Notes: generated by a model not told the origin, from the sequence alone. A stretch of DNA of 64,000 nucleotides from Longimicrobiales bacterium (GCA_965219445.1 CBDCNQ010000002.1:576001-640000); one strand, 5' to 3'; shown: positions 10,248-24,069, counted from the first letter of the stretch. Numbers and translations: made by a program.

Positions 10248-10463
10248 TCAATAGCCCTTCTGGTCCTCGCCGGTCTCGACATCAGCCTTCTTCGTACGGG
10301 GGGGGGGGTCGGGGTTAGCCGACTCGACAAACAATCCACCGGACGACCGGTCAACCCACGCACCCGCAAGGAGGTCGTAGTCGCAGCCATCAGGCCGCAA
10401 GTCGATGGGCTCACGAGCGTACGCTCGAGCATTCGCCAGTAGTACATGTTGTCGGCTCGCCAT
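10248..10463 (-). CDS. Graspetide precursor peptide (71 aa; core TKKADVETGEDQKGY)
   Basis: Small ORF 18 nt upstream of the ATP-grasp gene with AGGAAGGA RBS. C-terminal core rich in Thr/Lys donors and Asp/Glu acceptors. Confidence 0.82.
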   Translation of the reverse strand: MASRQHVLLANARAYAREPIDLRPDGCDYDLLAGAWVDRSSGGLFVESANPDPPPRTKKADVETGEDQKGY

Positions 10464-10666
10464 GGTATGATCCTTCCTGGGTGACATGATCAGGGGCGTC
10501 GGCAGGACGGGCCGCCGCGAATCGGCGTGCGCGACGCACAGGGCACCGTCTACCTCGAAGCTGGTAGGAGAAGCGCGTTGGGGTCAAGGCTCTGGATTCG
10601 CCCGCCGGTGCCGTCCCTTTGGCCTAGTCCCAGTGGGCTAGTCCAGCTGGTCAACGGGACTTGGCG

Positions 10667-13803
<3,137 letters not shown>

Positions 13804-13804
<1 letters not shown>

Positions 13805-14781
13805 CACTTCAGGAGTCCCGCTTTCCAGGTTTCGGCAAGAGCTGTCGACAGACCACGGGCCACCTTGCCAACGAGTTGGAGAAGGTCCCGCACCTCGTCC
13901 GCTTTGATATGAATCCTCCGACCGACGACAGCCTCCCTGTCCGCCGCCTTGGCGACGTAGGCCTGGTCCACGACTCCCATTCTGTGCGCGATGAGATGGC
14001 GCCTCTGAAAAGCACGAACGAGCGATTGCCATTCACCCGCAGTCACTGCAGAAGACAGGTCTACGCCATAAGCTTCTTGGAGGTGCCTCTTCGCTCCTTC
14101 AAGATTCTGGAAGCTAATCCTGCCCACGATGGCGCGGTTGGTCGCGTTCCTCGCGTAGACTCGGCACAGTTCGCGCCCGAACCCGTCGAAGACCGACACG
14201 CAATCCTCCAACCCGTTCTCGATGAGCCTCCTAGAAACGTCTCTCTCCGTGCTCTCTGCCAAGTCCATCATCTTTGCGACAACTTCGATGTTCTTCTCGA
14301 AGATCTGGAGCGAATTGTGTTGGCCGCAGTCGGGACAAAATGCAAAAACACCGTAGACGGAGTAGCGGAGCGTACAATTGGTACAGACCACCTGGGTTTC
14401 GAGCTGCTTCTCCCTGTAGTGGCGGATCGGCAACAGACTATCGGGCTTGAACGTCAATGAGAACCCGATTCCGAATGGCCCTTTCGGCTCCAGGTTGAAC
14501 TCCATCTTCTTGAGATCCCTGTGGATTGCGTCTGTGACTTCCCGCGTGGCAACCGACTCGATATACTTGACCTGCTCTTTGGTCCAGAAGTAGTCGTGTG
14601 CCGCAGTATGGCCGCAGTACGGGCAGTGGCACGGAAGGTCTTTTCCCTCAAGCCCAGTGCCGAACTCGACCTTGAAGTATCCCTCGCAGTCCGACTGGGG
14701 ACACTCACGGCCCGTGAAGCCGTCTTCATCGGGCTTGATGGGGATCGAAATGCGATTGCCAAGTCTGCGGAGGTGATTCAT
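13804..14781 (-). CDS. Zn-finger protein with C-terminal HEPN-like RxxxxH motif, inserted between hsdS and hsdR
   Basis: Cys clusters [43 protein letters not shown] overlaps at both ends. Confidence 0.7.
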
Positions 14782-16409
14782 CAGGCCGTCATCCCAATGA
14801 TCCGTGCTGTCTTGCCCAATCGTATCTCGCCCGAAATGAGCTTGGGGAGGAGGGCGTCGCGGAGTGCGGTGAGCGTCCGGGATTCGTGGATGTTGCTGAC
14901 GATCCGCCGCAACATCGGCGAAACGGTCCGCTGGAACTCTGAAGCCATGGTATCGGTGGGCCGGCCCAGCTCGTACCTGCGCATGGCCTGCCAACTCGTT
15001 CGAGGCATCTTCGTTCCCGTCGCAGTCTGGCTGGTGTGGGCCACGAACGCTGACGACGAGACGCAGGCCAGGACGAAGGCGGACCACTTCGGCTTCCGTG
15101 CACCCAGCACAACGATATCCGTGGAGCAGAGGCCATCAACCGGAGCGATGCCCACCTTGTGGAAGTAGGGCCTGAGCTTCCCGAACAGAATATCCCCGGC
15201 CTTGAAGGCAGACTTCCTGCTGGAGACGCTCCCAGTCTCGCCCCAGTCGGTCAGAGCGATCGATCCACGGGGCATGTCCGCCAACCCGATGTAGGGCGTA
15301 TCGCTGGCCTCGCTCGCCGGATCAATTCCCTTCCGTCGCAAGGCCGCCACGTCCCCGAGACTCGCAACCTCCCATCCCTCCGGAATCTCGCCCAGTTCGG
15401 AATCCACCAGCCGGTCGGGGAACAGGTCGGCGAGATGGCGCGGTAAGCCCGTGTCGTGGCCTTCCATCTTCGCACGTACCGGATCGAAATCGACGAACCA
15501 CGACTTGAACAGCGCCCGTGCCATCGCCTCCAGCGTCTCATTCATCCGACGGTTCAGCTCTATCTTGTCGTCTAAGGTGCCAAGGATGTGCGCGATTGCA
15601 CGTTGTTCGGAGAGCTTGAGGGGTGGCCACCAGATCGTAGCGAGCTGGCGGGCAGAAACGTTGGGGAATGTGGATCCGGTGGCTTGATTCAAGAGATCGG
15701 GTAAGCTGAACTCGACCACCGCTTGAACGAATGGTTGGAATTGCTGACCTCGCTTATGGCGAAGAGAAGCAATGCCTCTGCCAATCGCGTATTCCTGATC
15801 GGCCCAGTTCATTCGTCCAGTGGTCGATCCTCGAACACAGAAGAGGAGATCGCCGGGATACGCCATCTTCCGGGCATCGGTAGTGAACTGAGCAGGTTCG
15901 GGATGATGCGAGCCAAATTCAGTCGGTCCATTCAGTAACGGTACACCGTCGCCGGATGTGTTGGTGGTATTTCCGGGAGGTGACTGCCCCATCACGATTT
16001 CAGCGCAGATACCAAGCTGGCTAGCTTCTTCAATCGACTCCCCGCTGGTTGATAACGATCGGCACGCTGGACCGGTCGCCTTGGACGTTTCCCTGGGAAC
16101 CTGCACCGCCACGCCATCGCGGCGGACAATGTTGCGGAAGATGTTGTCGATCTTTGCCCAATCGACGACATCAACCTTGAATGGTAGATCGGACTCTCCA
16201 AAGCCTTCGGCCAGAGCCGAGGTTGCGTCTAGTGTCAGTGGCTCATCGCCCATGATCGCAAGATCGAGATCGGAATAGTCCTTCGCCGTCCAGGTCGCGC
16301 GTGATCCGAAGGCAAGCACCTCTCGATCCGGCACGTGCTGGCGGAGAATGCTGCACACGATGGCCCAATGATCGGGCCGGAGGTCAACGCCTGGAGCCGT
16401 CCTACTCAT
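14781..16409 (-). CDS. hsdS: Fusion: minimal nucleotidyltransferase (MNT) + full type I R-M specificity subunit
   Basis: N-terminal FGSRATWTAKDYSDLDL (GSx10DxD) and FKVDVVD; then two TRDs, central EQRAIAHILGTLDDKIELN...EIPEGW and terminal LRDALLPKLISGEI. Confidence 0.9.
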   Translation of the reverse strand: MSRTAPGVDLRPDHWAIVCSILRQHVPDREVLAFGSRATWTAKDYSDLDLAIMGDEPLTLDATSALAEGFGESDLPFKVDVVDWAKIDNIFRNIVRRDGVAVQVPRETSKATGPACRSLSTSGESIEEASQLGICAEIVMGQSPPGNTTNTSGDGVPLLNGPTEFGSHHPEPAQFTTDARKMAYPGDLLFCVRGSTTGRMNWADQEYAIGRGIASLRHKRGQQFQPFVQAVVEFSLPDLLNQATGSTFPNVSARQLATIWWPPLKLSEQRAIAHILGTLDDKIELNRRMNETLEAMARALFKSWFVDFDPVRAKMEGHDTGLPRHLADLFPDRLVDSELGEIPEGWEVASLGDVAALRRKGIDPASEASDTPYIGLADMPRGSIALTDWGETGSVSSRKSAFKAGDILFGKLRPYFHKVGIAPVDGLCSTDIVVLGARKPKWSAFVLACVSSSAFVAHTSQTATGTKMPRTSWQAMRRYELGRPTDTMASEFQRTVSPMLRRIVSNIHESRTLTALRDALLPKLISGEIRLGKTARIIGMTA

Positions 16410-16819
16410 GCTAGACGTTCCCTCAATCTGTCGCGCAGGTAGGTTACCTCTTCGATGAAGCGCGGAATGCCCTCGACCACTTCCTGCGCCACATCCTCGT
16501 TGTAGGTGTGACTGGTCGCTCCACGCAAGTCACGGTAGCCGCGCCAATCCGGCCACTCCCCCAGCAGCAGGCCCTGTTCGTTTCCCGCGCGGATCAGGTC
16601 TTGAAACGTCATCTCATCGAACTGCTCCGGGTTGGCCGCAGTATATTCGAGATAGCGTTTCAGAACCTTATGTCCGAGCTCGTAAGTGAACTCGAATCTC
16701 TGAACCAGACCGTCACGAATCTGGATATCCCTCGTGTCAGCCTCATACCGCGACAGTCCTTCTTCGAGGCGTTGGATCGCTCGTTCGAGGGGTGCAATCT
16801 CGGGCTTACCGTTGGACAT
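16406..16819 (-). CDS. HEPN protein of the HI0074 / nucleotidyltransferase substrate-binding family (HepT-like toxin)
   Basis: [14 protein letters not shown] and RGATSHTY (Rx4HxY); ATGA overlap with MNT::hsdS. Confidence 0.88.
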   Translation of the reverse strand: MSNGKPEIAPLERAIQRLEEGLSRYEADTRDIQIRDGLVQRFEFTYELGHKVLKRYLEYTAANPEQFDEMTFQDLIRAGNEQGLLLGEWPDWRGYRDLRGATSHTYNEDVAQEVVEGIPRFIEEVTYLRDRLRERLA

Positions 16820-18371
16820 GGTGATCTCCACCCCAGAGTCCCAATGCCTCTAGGTTCTCGGCGATTGCAGCATCGAGCCGAGCGCATTCGGCCTGCTGTT
16901 CGCGAAGCTCGGCGACCATCCGCTTCATCTTGTCGCCGAACGGCTCACCGTCATCTTCCTGCGGCTCCACACCGACATAGCGGCCCGGCGTCAGCACCTG
17001 CCCATGCTTACGCACCTCTTCCAGTGCCGCACTCTTGCAGAAGCCGGCGACATCGGCATAGCCGTCGTCAATCTCGCCGGTGCGCCAAGCATGGTAGGTG
17101 TCGGCGATGCGGGTAATGTCTTTGTCAGTAAGCTCGCGGTGCGTCCGGTCCACCATCCGGCCGAGCTTCCTCGCGTCGATGAACAGGATCTCGCCCTGGC
17201 GCTTGCGTCGGCGCGCCAGGAACCACAGACAGGCGGGAATCTGGGTGGAGTAAAAGAGCTGACCCGGCAGTGCAATCATACAGTCCACTAGCTCCGCCTC
17301 GATCAGGTTCTTCCGAATCTCTCCCTCGCCCGATTGGTTTGAGGACATCGACCCGTTGGCGAGCACGAACCCCGCGACGCCCTTCGGCGCCAAGTGGTGG
17401 ACCATGTGCTGGACCCAGGCGAAGTTGGCGTTGCCCTTCGGCGGGATGCCGTAGCGCCAGCGCTTGTCCTCGACCAGTCGCTCGCCGCCCCAGTCCGAGA
17501 CGTTAAACGGGGGATTGGCGAGGATGAAGTCGGCCTTCAGGTCTGGATGGCGGTCGTTATAGAAGCTGTCGCCGTGGGCGATCTGCCCCCCAATGCCTCG
17601 TATGGCCAAGTTCATCTTCGCGAGCCGCCACGTCGTGTAGTTCGACTCCTGCCCGTAGATCGAGATGTCGCCGCGCGCCTTGCCGCCGTTGCCGTTTCCG
17701 CTGGAGTGGGCGCGAATGAACTCGATCGACTGCACGAACATGCCCGAGGACCCGCAGCAGGGATCGTAGACCCGCCCCCGGTAGGGCTCCAGCATCTCGA
17801 CGAGCAGCTTGACGACGCAACGCGGGGTATAGAACTCGCCGCCCCTCTTGCCCTCGGCACTCGCGAACTGTGAGAGGAAGTACTCGTAGACGCGGCCGAG
17901 CACGTCTCGGGAGCGGGCTTCGGCGTCCCCGACCAGGATGTTGCCGATCATGTCGATCAACTGGCCGAGCCGCTGCTTGTCCAGGGCGGGCCGCGCGTAG
18001 TCCTTGGGCAGCACCTCCTTCAGCCCCGGGTTGTCGCGCTCGATCGCGGCCATGGCGCGATCGACGGTCTGTCCAATGGTCGACTGCCTCGCCTGGGCCT
18101 TCAGGTGTGGCCAGCGGGCTTCCCGCGGCACCCAGAAGATGTTTTCGGCGATGTACTCGTCGCGGTCCTCTGCGGCCTCGTCCCCCCACTTTGCCAACAC
18201 CGCCTCGTGGCGCTCCTCGAAGGCGTCCGAGATGTACTTCAGGAAGACGAGACCGAGCACGACGTGCTTGTACTCGGCCGCATCCATGGAGCCGCGTAGC
18301 GCATCGGCCATCGCCCACAGCTCGGCCTCGTAGCCGGTCGTGGCTCCGCTGTCGTTTTGCGTGCCTGCCAT
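16806..18371 (-). CDS. hsdM: Type I R-M methyltransferase subunit M
   Basis: [37 protein letters not shown] (SAM binding), ANPPFN (catalytic), LTPGRYVG. Confidence 0.96.
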   Translation of the reverse strand: MAGTQNDSGATTGYEAELWAMADALRGSMDAAEYKHVVLGLVFLKYISDAFEERHEAVLAKWGDEAAEDRDEYIAENIFWVPREARWPHLKAQARQSTIGQTVDRAMAAIERDNPGLKEVLPKDYARPALDKQRLGQLIDMIGNILVGDAEARSRDVLGRVYEYFLSQFASAEGKRGGEFYTPRCVVKLLVEMLEPYRGRVYDPCCGSSGMFVQSIEFIRAHSSGNGNGGKARGDISIYGQESNYTTWRLAKMNLAIRGIGGQIAHGDSFYNDRHPDLKADFILANPPFNVSDWGGERLVEDKRWRYGIPPKGNANFAWVQHMVHHLAPKGVAGFVLANGSMSSNQSGEGEIRKNLIEAELVDCMIALPGQLFYSTQIPACLWFLARRRKRQGEILFIDARKLGRMVDRTHRELTDKDITRIADTYHAWRTGEIDDGYADVAGFCKSAALEEVRKHGQVLTPGRYVGVEPQEDDGEPFGDKMKRMVAELREQQAECARLDAAIAENLEALGLWGGDHHVQR

Positions 18372-19053
18372 TGCTGTCGCGGTCCTCATTCTTCGTCGCT
18401 GTGGAGGAACTTGGGGAGCTGGGTCGTAAGCAAAGATACGACATGGCATCTGTCCTGCCATCGCAGGGATCGCCGACGCAGGGTGTCCCATGCCCGGCGG
18501 ACCTGCGCTGCGCAGGGATCGACTAGTCCGGAAACCGGCGGAGAACACCGTTGAATGATAGGAGATTGGGTGCCGGGCACGATCTCGGCCGATCCCGGGA
18601 ACCATCAGGGGGACGGGCGCCCGTCGTCCCCCGGGTCCGCCTGGGACTGGATGGCTTCCTGGGACCTCCACGACATCTTCAGCCGCTTTCCCGACGACTA
18701 CCAGCTGCAGCCGCGAAACTCATCGTCCCAAAGCCTGCGGGAAGACGCCAACATCCGTGGCGGATCCAGCCTCTACGTGCACTGGTCCCCGAGTGGGAGT
18801 CTGGCGCCAACCAGCATCAGGGTGACCGCTCCATCCGGTGCCTCGGTGCCCGGACACGTCTCGGTCTGGGCATGGAGGATCCGATGAGAGCCCAGATCGC
18901 GAACCTCATCGTCCCCGGATGCACGCTCCTGCATCAGCTGTCGCCCAAGAAGTCGGCCTCCCCTCCCAATAGGTTTTTGTATGTCGTTGCGCGACAGGAT
19001 ACAATAGTCGGCCTAAGGTCGTTGGAACGTTCAAGCCATTGGGAGTTCGACTG

Positions 19054-19362
19054 ATGCCACAAGATCCAGAGAAGCCGATACATCCTGGGAGTTTCGTAAG
19101 GGAACACGTGATTCCGACGGGGATGTCGGTGACGGAGGCCGCCAAACGATTGGGGGTGGGAAGGCCAGCCCTGTCGAAACTGCTGAATGCGCGTTCGTCG
19201 TTGTCTCAGGACATGGCGGTCAAATTGAGGAAGACGTTCGGCGCTGACCCAGAGAAATTGCTCGCTCTGCAAGCAGCATCTGATCGCGGTGTCGGTCGCT
19301 CGAAAGAAATGTCAACACCAGCACACGTCTATGTCCCGCCGTCTATGTCCCGCCGTTTTTGA
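19054..19362 (+). CDS. HigA-family HTH (N-terminal part of a split fusion gene)
   Basis: PIHPG..VRE..IP.GMSVTEAAKRLGVGRPALSKLLN..SSLS.DMA.KL.K.FG; no HigB toxin gene nearby. Confidence 0.85.
   Translation: MPQDPEKPIHPGSFVREHVIPTGMSVTEAAKRLGVGRPALSKLLNARSSLSQDMAVKLRKTFGADPEKLLALQAASDRGVGRSKEMSTPAHVYVPPSMSRRF
19326..19356 (+). repeat. 14-bp tandem duplication (CGTCTATGTCCCGC x2) causing a frameshift
   Basis: Units at 19326-19339 and 19340-19353; removing one joins the HigA frame to the 19359 ORF. Confidence 0.9.
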
Positions 19363-22300
19363 CCATCAAAGCTGACCAGATCGACGGTTGGGCAAAGGGC
19401 AATATTGCTGCTCGCCAATTGCTGCCAGTACTACTGAGGCGGTTGATTCGTTCGACCGGAGAGGCTCTCCGTCAGGTAGACTTCCCAGGTTATGACAATG
19501 CGGAGCGCAAGGGCTGGGATGGCTTGGTCGATGCTGGGGCGGCTACACCGTGGATTTCAGAAGGGAAGTCCGGCTGGGAGCTTGGTACTGGCGCAAATCC
19601 GGGCGACAAAGCCAATAGCGATTATCGTAGCCGCACCGGTTCCGTCTCGTCGGACGAGAGGCGTGAGCACACCTTTATCTTCGTTACAACGCGCAATTGG
19701 CCGGGCAAGAAGGCATGGGAGGAAGCCAAGGATGCGTCGGGCAAATGGAGGGCTGTCCGGGCATTCGACGCGAGCGATCTGGAGCAGTGGTTGGAAGAGT
19801 CGATCCCCGCACAGATATGGCTTGCCGAACAGCTAGGTATTCCAGTCAGAGGATTCGAGACACTCGATCGGTTCTGGCAACGTTGGGCGGACGCAAGCGA
19901 TCCGAGCATCGTACCTGCGATGTTCGAGCCCTCAGTCCAGTCATACTGTGAGACCTTCAAGGAGTGGCTCGAGACAGAGAGGGAACGTCCGTTCGTGGTC
20001 ACGGCCGAATCCAAAGAAGAGGCGATCGCGTTCTTGGCCTGCATGTTTCAAGATAGCGCTATCGCACCGCAGTGGCGTGACCTTCCGGTAGTGTTCGAGT
20101 CGGATGACGAGCTACGGAAGCTGGCTAGCTGCTCGGCTCCCTTCGTTCCGATCGCTAGCACGGACAAGGCTGCCCACGCGTTGGCCGACGTCCACCGTCG
20201 GCTTCACTGTATTGTCGTCTCTCCCCATAACGTCGTCGATTCAACACCCGATATCAGGGTGGACCTATTGCGTCCTCATGCCTTCGTGCAAGCTCTCAAA
20301 TTGATGGGTGTCCCACAGGATGAATCCGAACGACTCGCCCGGGAGTCAGGCTGTTCGCCGACAATCCTCCGGAGGCGCCTCTCGAAGATCGACGCAATCA
20401 GATCACCCGAATGGGCCAAGGACTCACGGACCGCGAGAGATCTGATCCCGATGGCTTTGATCGGAACATGGCACGCAGAGTCAGAGGCCGACTGCGAGGT
20501 TGTCCGAGTCCTCGCGGCCAGGCCATATCGGGAGGTCGAAGAAAGCGTCGCGCGCATGCGGCAGGATAATGACAGTCCTGTGTGGTCCGTTGGGGAGCAT
20601 CGCGGAGTCGTATCAAGAGTTGATGCCCTCTTTGCAATCAACAGACATGTGACTCCAAACGACTTGACTGAGTTTCTATGGCTTGCCGAGTACGTACTCT
20701 CCGAGATCGATCCGGCACTTGACTTACCGGAGGAAAGCAGGTGGGCCGCTGGGCTGTACGGCAAGGTGCGGAATCACTCGTCTGCACTACGTGACGGTCT
20801 CCTTGAGAGCCTTGTCATCCTCTCTATCCACGGGAATGACTTGTTTAGGGATCGGATTGGCACTGTTGTCGACGTTATGGTCGGCCAGTGCATCGAGAAG
20901 TTGCTGACACCTCTGACACTCGAGAAACTCCTATCGCATTGTGATGACCTCCCACGCTATGCCGAGGCCGCACCGGAGGTATTCTTGAAGCTAATCGAAG
21001 AAGACTTGCAACAATCTGACCCGGTCACACTTCGCCTCTTAGAGCCGGTTGACAACAGCAATTTCTTTAGCCGGCTCCCGCGTTCGGGTCTCTTATGGTC
21101 CATGGAATGTCTCGCATGGAAGTACGTTGCACGTGTGAGTGCCATTCTCGCTCGGTTGTCGAGAACCGTCATTGACGACAAGTGGGAAAACAAACCGATT
21201 GCTAGCCTGAAATCGATCTACCGGTCCTGGGTGCCGCAGACAGCGGCCTCCCTGAAGGATAGAATGAAGGCGCTTGAGATGCTGACAAGACGCTTTCCGG
21301 ACATCGGTTGGCAGATCTGCGTTGAACAACTCGAGCGGGCTCCCCGAAGTGGGGACTACAGCTACCGACCGCGCTGGCGGAGTGACGCTTCAGGGGTGGG
21401 TCGACCAGTGCCTAGACCGGAGGCTCGTGAGTTCGAACGTCAGGCCTTCAAGTTAGCGCTCCTGTGGTCGGAACACGATCAGCGGACGCTTGGCGACCTT
21501 GTGACACGGATACAGGTAATGTCCGAAGAAGAACAGCTAGCCCTTTGGGACCGAATCGATGCGTGGCTGGCTTCAAAGCCCAGTGATACTGCCAAAGCAG
21601 ATCTTCGCGAGCGGATTCGTCAGGTCGCGTTCACGAGACTCGGTCAGGGACGCGGCTTCCACACTGCGACCAAGGATCGTGCTCGTCGTGCATACACGAA
21701 TCTACAACCTAAAGATACGGTCATCCGTCACGCTTGGCTATTTGCCGACTCTTGGGTCGAATTCACCGACGATATCGAGGATGAAGATGCTAGCTATTTG
21801 ACGCGCGTGGAGAAATCCCGCCTCCTTCGCACGGCAGCGATCGAAGAAATATGGATGGATCGTGGTTTCGAGGGAGTGAGAACACTTCTATCTCACGGCA
21901 GCACAGCAGAGATCGTCGGAGATTCCCTTAGACTAATCATCTGTCTCAGCGAACAAGCCGATTTCCTACGGAGATGCCTGTCCGTCACGGGTGACTTCGA
22001 GGCGCAGTTTGACCGCTGCATTGGGGGATTACTTAGATCCATCAGCGCCGACGATCGTCACGCGTTACTATTGGCAGCGGCCGATGATGCCAATGTAGAA
22101 CGCACCGCCCGATTGTTTCGGTGCGCTCCATTTGGACAGAAGATATGGCGTCTCATGGACCGATACGGAGAGAAAGTCAGAGCACGGTATTGGGATACAG
22201 TCTTCCCAGAAGTTGGTCGATACAGTGAGGCTGAATCGACTGAGTTGATCGATCGGCTTCTTGAAGCCAGGCGGCCTCGGGCTGTCTTCCATGCCGTGTG

Positions 22301-23132
22301 GTTTGACTGGTCGAGTATTGAAACATCCCGGCTTAAGCGTCTTCTGCTATCCCTAACGTCGGTGGGTGCTATCTCCGAGGAAGGTTATAGACTCGATCCC
22401 CATGATGTCTCCGAGGCCCTTGACTCACTGGACGGTCGACCGGGAGTCAGCCGAGACGACATGGCACAGCTTGAATTCCTGTTCATTACAGCACTTGGCT
22501 ACGCCAATCGTGGCATTCCCAACTTGGAGCGGAAGGTCGCAGAGTCCCCTGCCGAGTTTTTTCGAGCTCTAGCTTTTGCGTGCGACCGCCGGCACCGTGG
22601 AGAAGATCCTCGGGAATTACGAATCGACAACCCTGAGCAGCGAGAAGCGATGGCTCTATCCTGCCTAGATCTCCTTGATCGAGTCAGCATAATCCCGGGT
22701 ACGTCACAGGACGGCGGAATCGATGTCGAGGTGTTATCTACTTGGGTGATGGAAGTCCGTCGCCTCTGTGCAGAACACGACCGCACGGAACTCGGTGACC
22801 AGTATATCGGACAGCTCTTGTCCAAAGCTCCTCCAGATGACGACGGAATGTGGCCATGCCGCGCAATTTGCGAAGTCATGGAGGCAGTTGCATCTGAGCA
22901 TATCGGCAAAGGATTCTGGATGGGAGTCTACAATTCTCGCGGTGTATATTGGGGCAGGCGGGAGGCAGAACAGGAACGGGTGTCCGCTCAGAGGTATCGG
23001 GACTTGGCCGAACAACGTAACGCAGACTATCCTTACGTTTCCAGCGTCCTAAATAGCATCGGTGACACCTACGACCGGGAGGCGAAACAGCTGCAGATAG
23101 AAGCAGAAATCGAGAAACGGCGGAGTGTCTGA
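19359..23132 (+). CDS. Large (~1250 aa) putative defence protein: N-terminal PD-(D/E)xK-like nuclease domain plus long helical region
   Basis: DFPGYD..RKGWDGLV....TPWI.EG.SGWELGT resembles restriction-fold N-termini; visibly lower GC than core genes; stop codon abuts an IS256 IR. Confidence 0.6.
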   Translation: MTIKADQIDGWAKGNIAARQLLPVLLRRLIRSTGEALRQVDFPGYDNAERKGWDGLVDAGAATPWISEGKSGWELGTGANPGDKANSDYRSRTGSVSSDERREHTFIFVTTRNWPGKKAWEEAKDASGKWRAVRAFDASDLEQWLEESIPAQIWLAEQLGIPVRGFETLDRFWQRWADASDPSIVPAMFEPSVQSYCETFKEWLETERERPFVVTAESKEEAIAFLACMFQDSAIAPQWRDLPVVFESDDELRKLASCSAPFVPIASTDKAAHALADVHRRLHCIVVSPHNVVDSTPDIRVDLLRPHAFVQALKLMGVPQDESERLARESGCSPTILRRRLSKIDAIRSPEWAKDSRTARDLIPMALIGTWHAESEADCEVVRVLAARPYREVEESVARMRQDNDSPVWSVGEHRGVVSRVDALFAINRHVTPNDLTEFLWLAEYVLSEIDPALDLPEESRWAAGLYGKVRNHSSALRDGLLESLVILSIHGNDLFRDRIGTVVDVMVGQCIEKLLTPLTLEKLLSHCDDLPRYAEAAPEVFLKLIEEDLQQSDPVTLRLLEPVDNSNFFSRLPRSGLLWSMECLAWKYVARVSAILARLSRTVIDDKWENKPIASLKSIYRSWVPQTAASLKDRMKALEMLTRRFPDIGWQICVEQLERAPRSGDYSYRPRWRSDASGVGRPVPRPEAREFERQAFKLALLWSEHDQRTLGDLVTRIQVMSEEEQLALWDRIDAWLASKPSDTAKADLRERIRQVAFTRLGQGRGFHTATKDRARRAYTNLQPKDTVIRHAWLFADSWVEFTDDIEDEDASYLTRVEKSRLLRTAAIEEIWMDRGFEGVRTLLSHGSTAEIVGDSLRLIICLSEQADFLRRCLSVTGDFEAQFDRCIGGLLRSISADDRHALLLAAADDANVERTARLFRCAPFGQKIWRLMDRYGEKVRARYWDTVFPEVGRYSEAESTELIDRLLEARRPRAVFHAVWFDWSSIETSRLKRLLLSLTSVGAISEEGYRLDPHDVSEALDSLDGRPGVSRDDMAQLEFLFITALGYANRGIPNLERKVAESPAEFFRALAFACDRRHRGEDPRELRIDNPEQREAMALSCLDLLDRVSIIPGTSQDGGIDVEVLSTWVMEVRRLCAEHDRTELGDQYIGQLLSKAPPDDDGMWPCRAICEVMEAVASEHIGKGFWMGVYNSRGVYWGRREAEQERVSAQRYRDLAEQRNADYPYVSSVLNSIGDTYDREAKQLQIEAEIEKRRSV

Positions 23133-23640
23133 GGAGGTTGGGTCAATAGGTGTGTAAACGTATCAGGCGGCGTTTTTCCGCTGTTGGGTTGAGACGGGCT
23201 TTCCGTCTTCGAACTTCCTTCCTTCAAACACGTCCTTGAGGAGGTGAGGAGCGTCGAGCCTTCGGAACCGCTTCTCGGCCACCAAGAGCAACTTCCAGAT
23301 CAGCGCCGTAGCGCTCTCGACCCGCTTGAATCGCTTCGCCGCCGTCGTCCTGAGCCGTAGCGCAGCGAACGGGCTCTCGACCACGTTCGTCGTGCGTAGA
23401 TGCTTCCAGTGATCCTCGGGGAAGTCGTAGAACGCCACCATCCGCTCCCAGTCGTCCTCGAGTACGTCCACCGCCTTCGGATACCACGGCCTGTAGCGCC
23501 TGGCGAACACTTCGCGGGCCTTCACAGCCTCGGCCCGGCTCGGTGCGTAGACCACGGCCCTTGAGAAGATCCTTCGCCTCGCTCTGCTCCCGCTGCGGCA
23601 GCCGGTCCAGCACGTTCCTCATCTTGTGGTTCCAGCACCG
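23133..23640 (-). mobile_element. IS256-family partial copy (3' third of transposase plus IRR)
   Basis: Same IRR as 6204; near-identical C-terminal protein; homology stops at ~23640; internal 1-nt frameshift near 23560. Confidence 0.9.
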
Positions 23641-23960
23641 TCGCTGCGTCGCGGAGGCTGATCAGCACCTTGAAGGCGCTTCCCAACCGGCGCATCAACG
23701 AGGTAGAAGGTCTTCCATTCTTTCCTCTACATACTCGTGCGACTGTCCACTTGGCGGTTGGAGTCGCCGCGGAGTATTTCAATTGCTGAATTTCAACGTG
23801 TTCTGCGTCAACCAAGTTATCGGCGCCAAAGAGTAGGGTGCAGTCCACACCATCCCAGTAGCTTCCATCACCGTTCGTGGCGGTCACCGCCACCTTCTTT
23901 GGCTGGCTGGCGGTGCGGGTATGTGCCGAGGGGTCCGATAGGGTGCGCGCCCATGTGTCG
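23641..23960 (-). pseudogene. Remnant of an N-terminal nuclease-like domain (Cap4/PD-(D/E)xK-like), cut by IS256
   Basis: YWDGVDCTLLFG...EIQQLKYSAA.P..KWTVAR has a D...QxK arrangement like nuclease domains of defence NTPases. Confidence 0.35.
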
Positions 23961-24069
23961 AGATAAATGGCCGTCTTGTTCGACGCTCTCTGCCCACACA
24001 ACACACTGACCTACGGGAGGCGCTCACGGTCGTAAATAGACAGGATTGCGCCTTGTCGTGGACACATCC

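Noticed and set aside
18555..18887. 110-aa ORF between hsdM and the HigA gene
   Set aside because: No convincing start or RBS and no recognisable motif; possibly a remnant, but not callable.
19054..19362. Standalone HigBA toxin-antitoxin
   Set aside because: No higB upstream; the HTH is better explained as the N-terminus of the frameshifted large gene.
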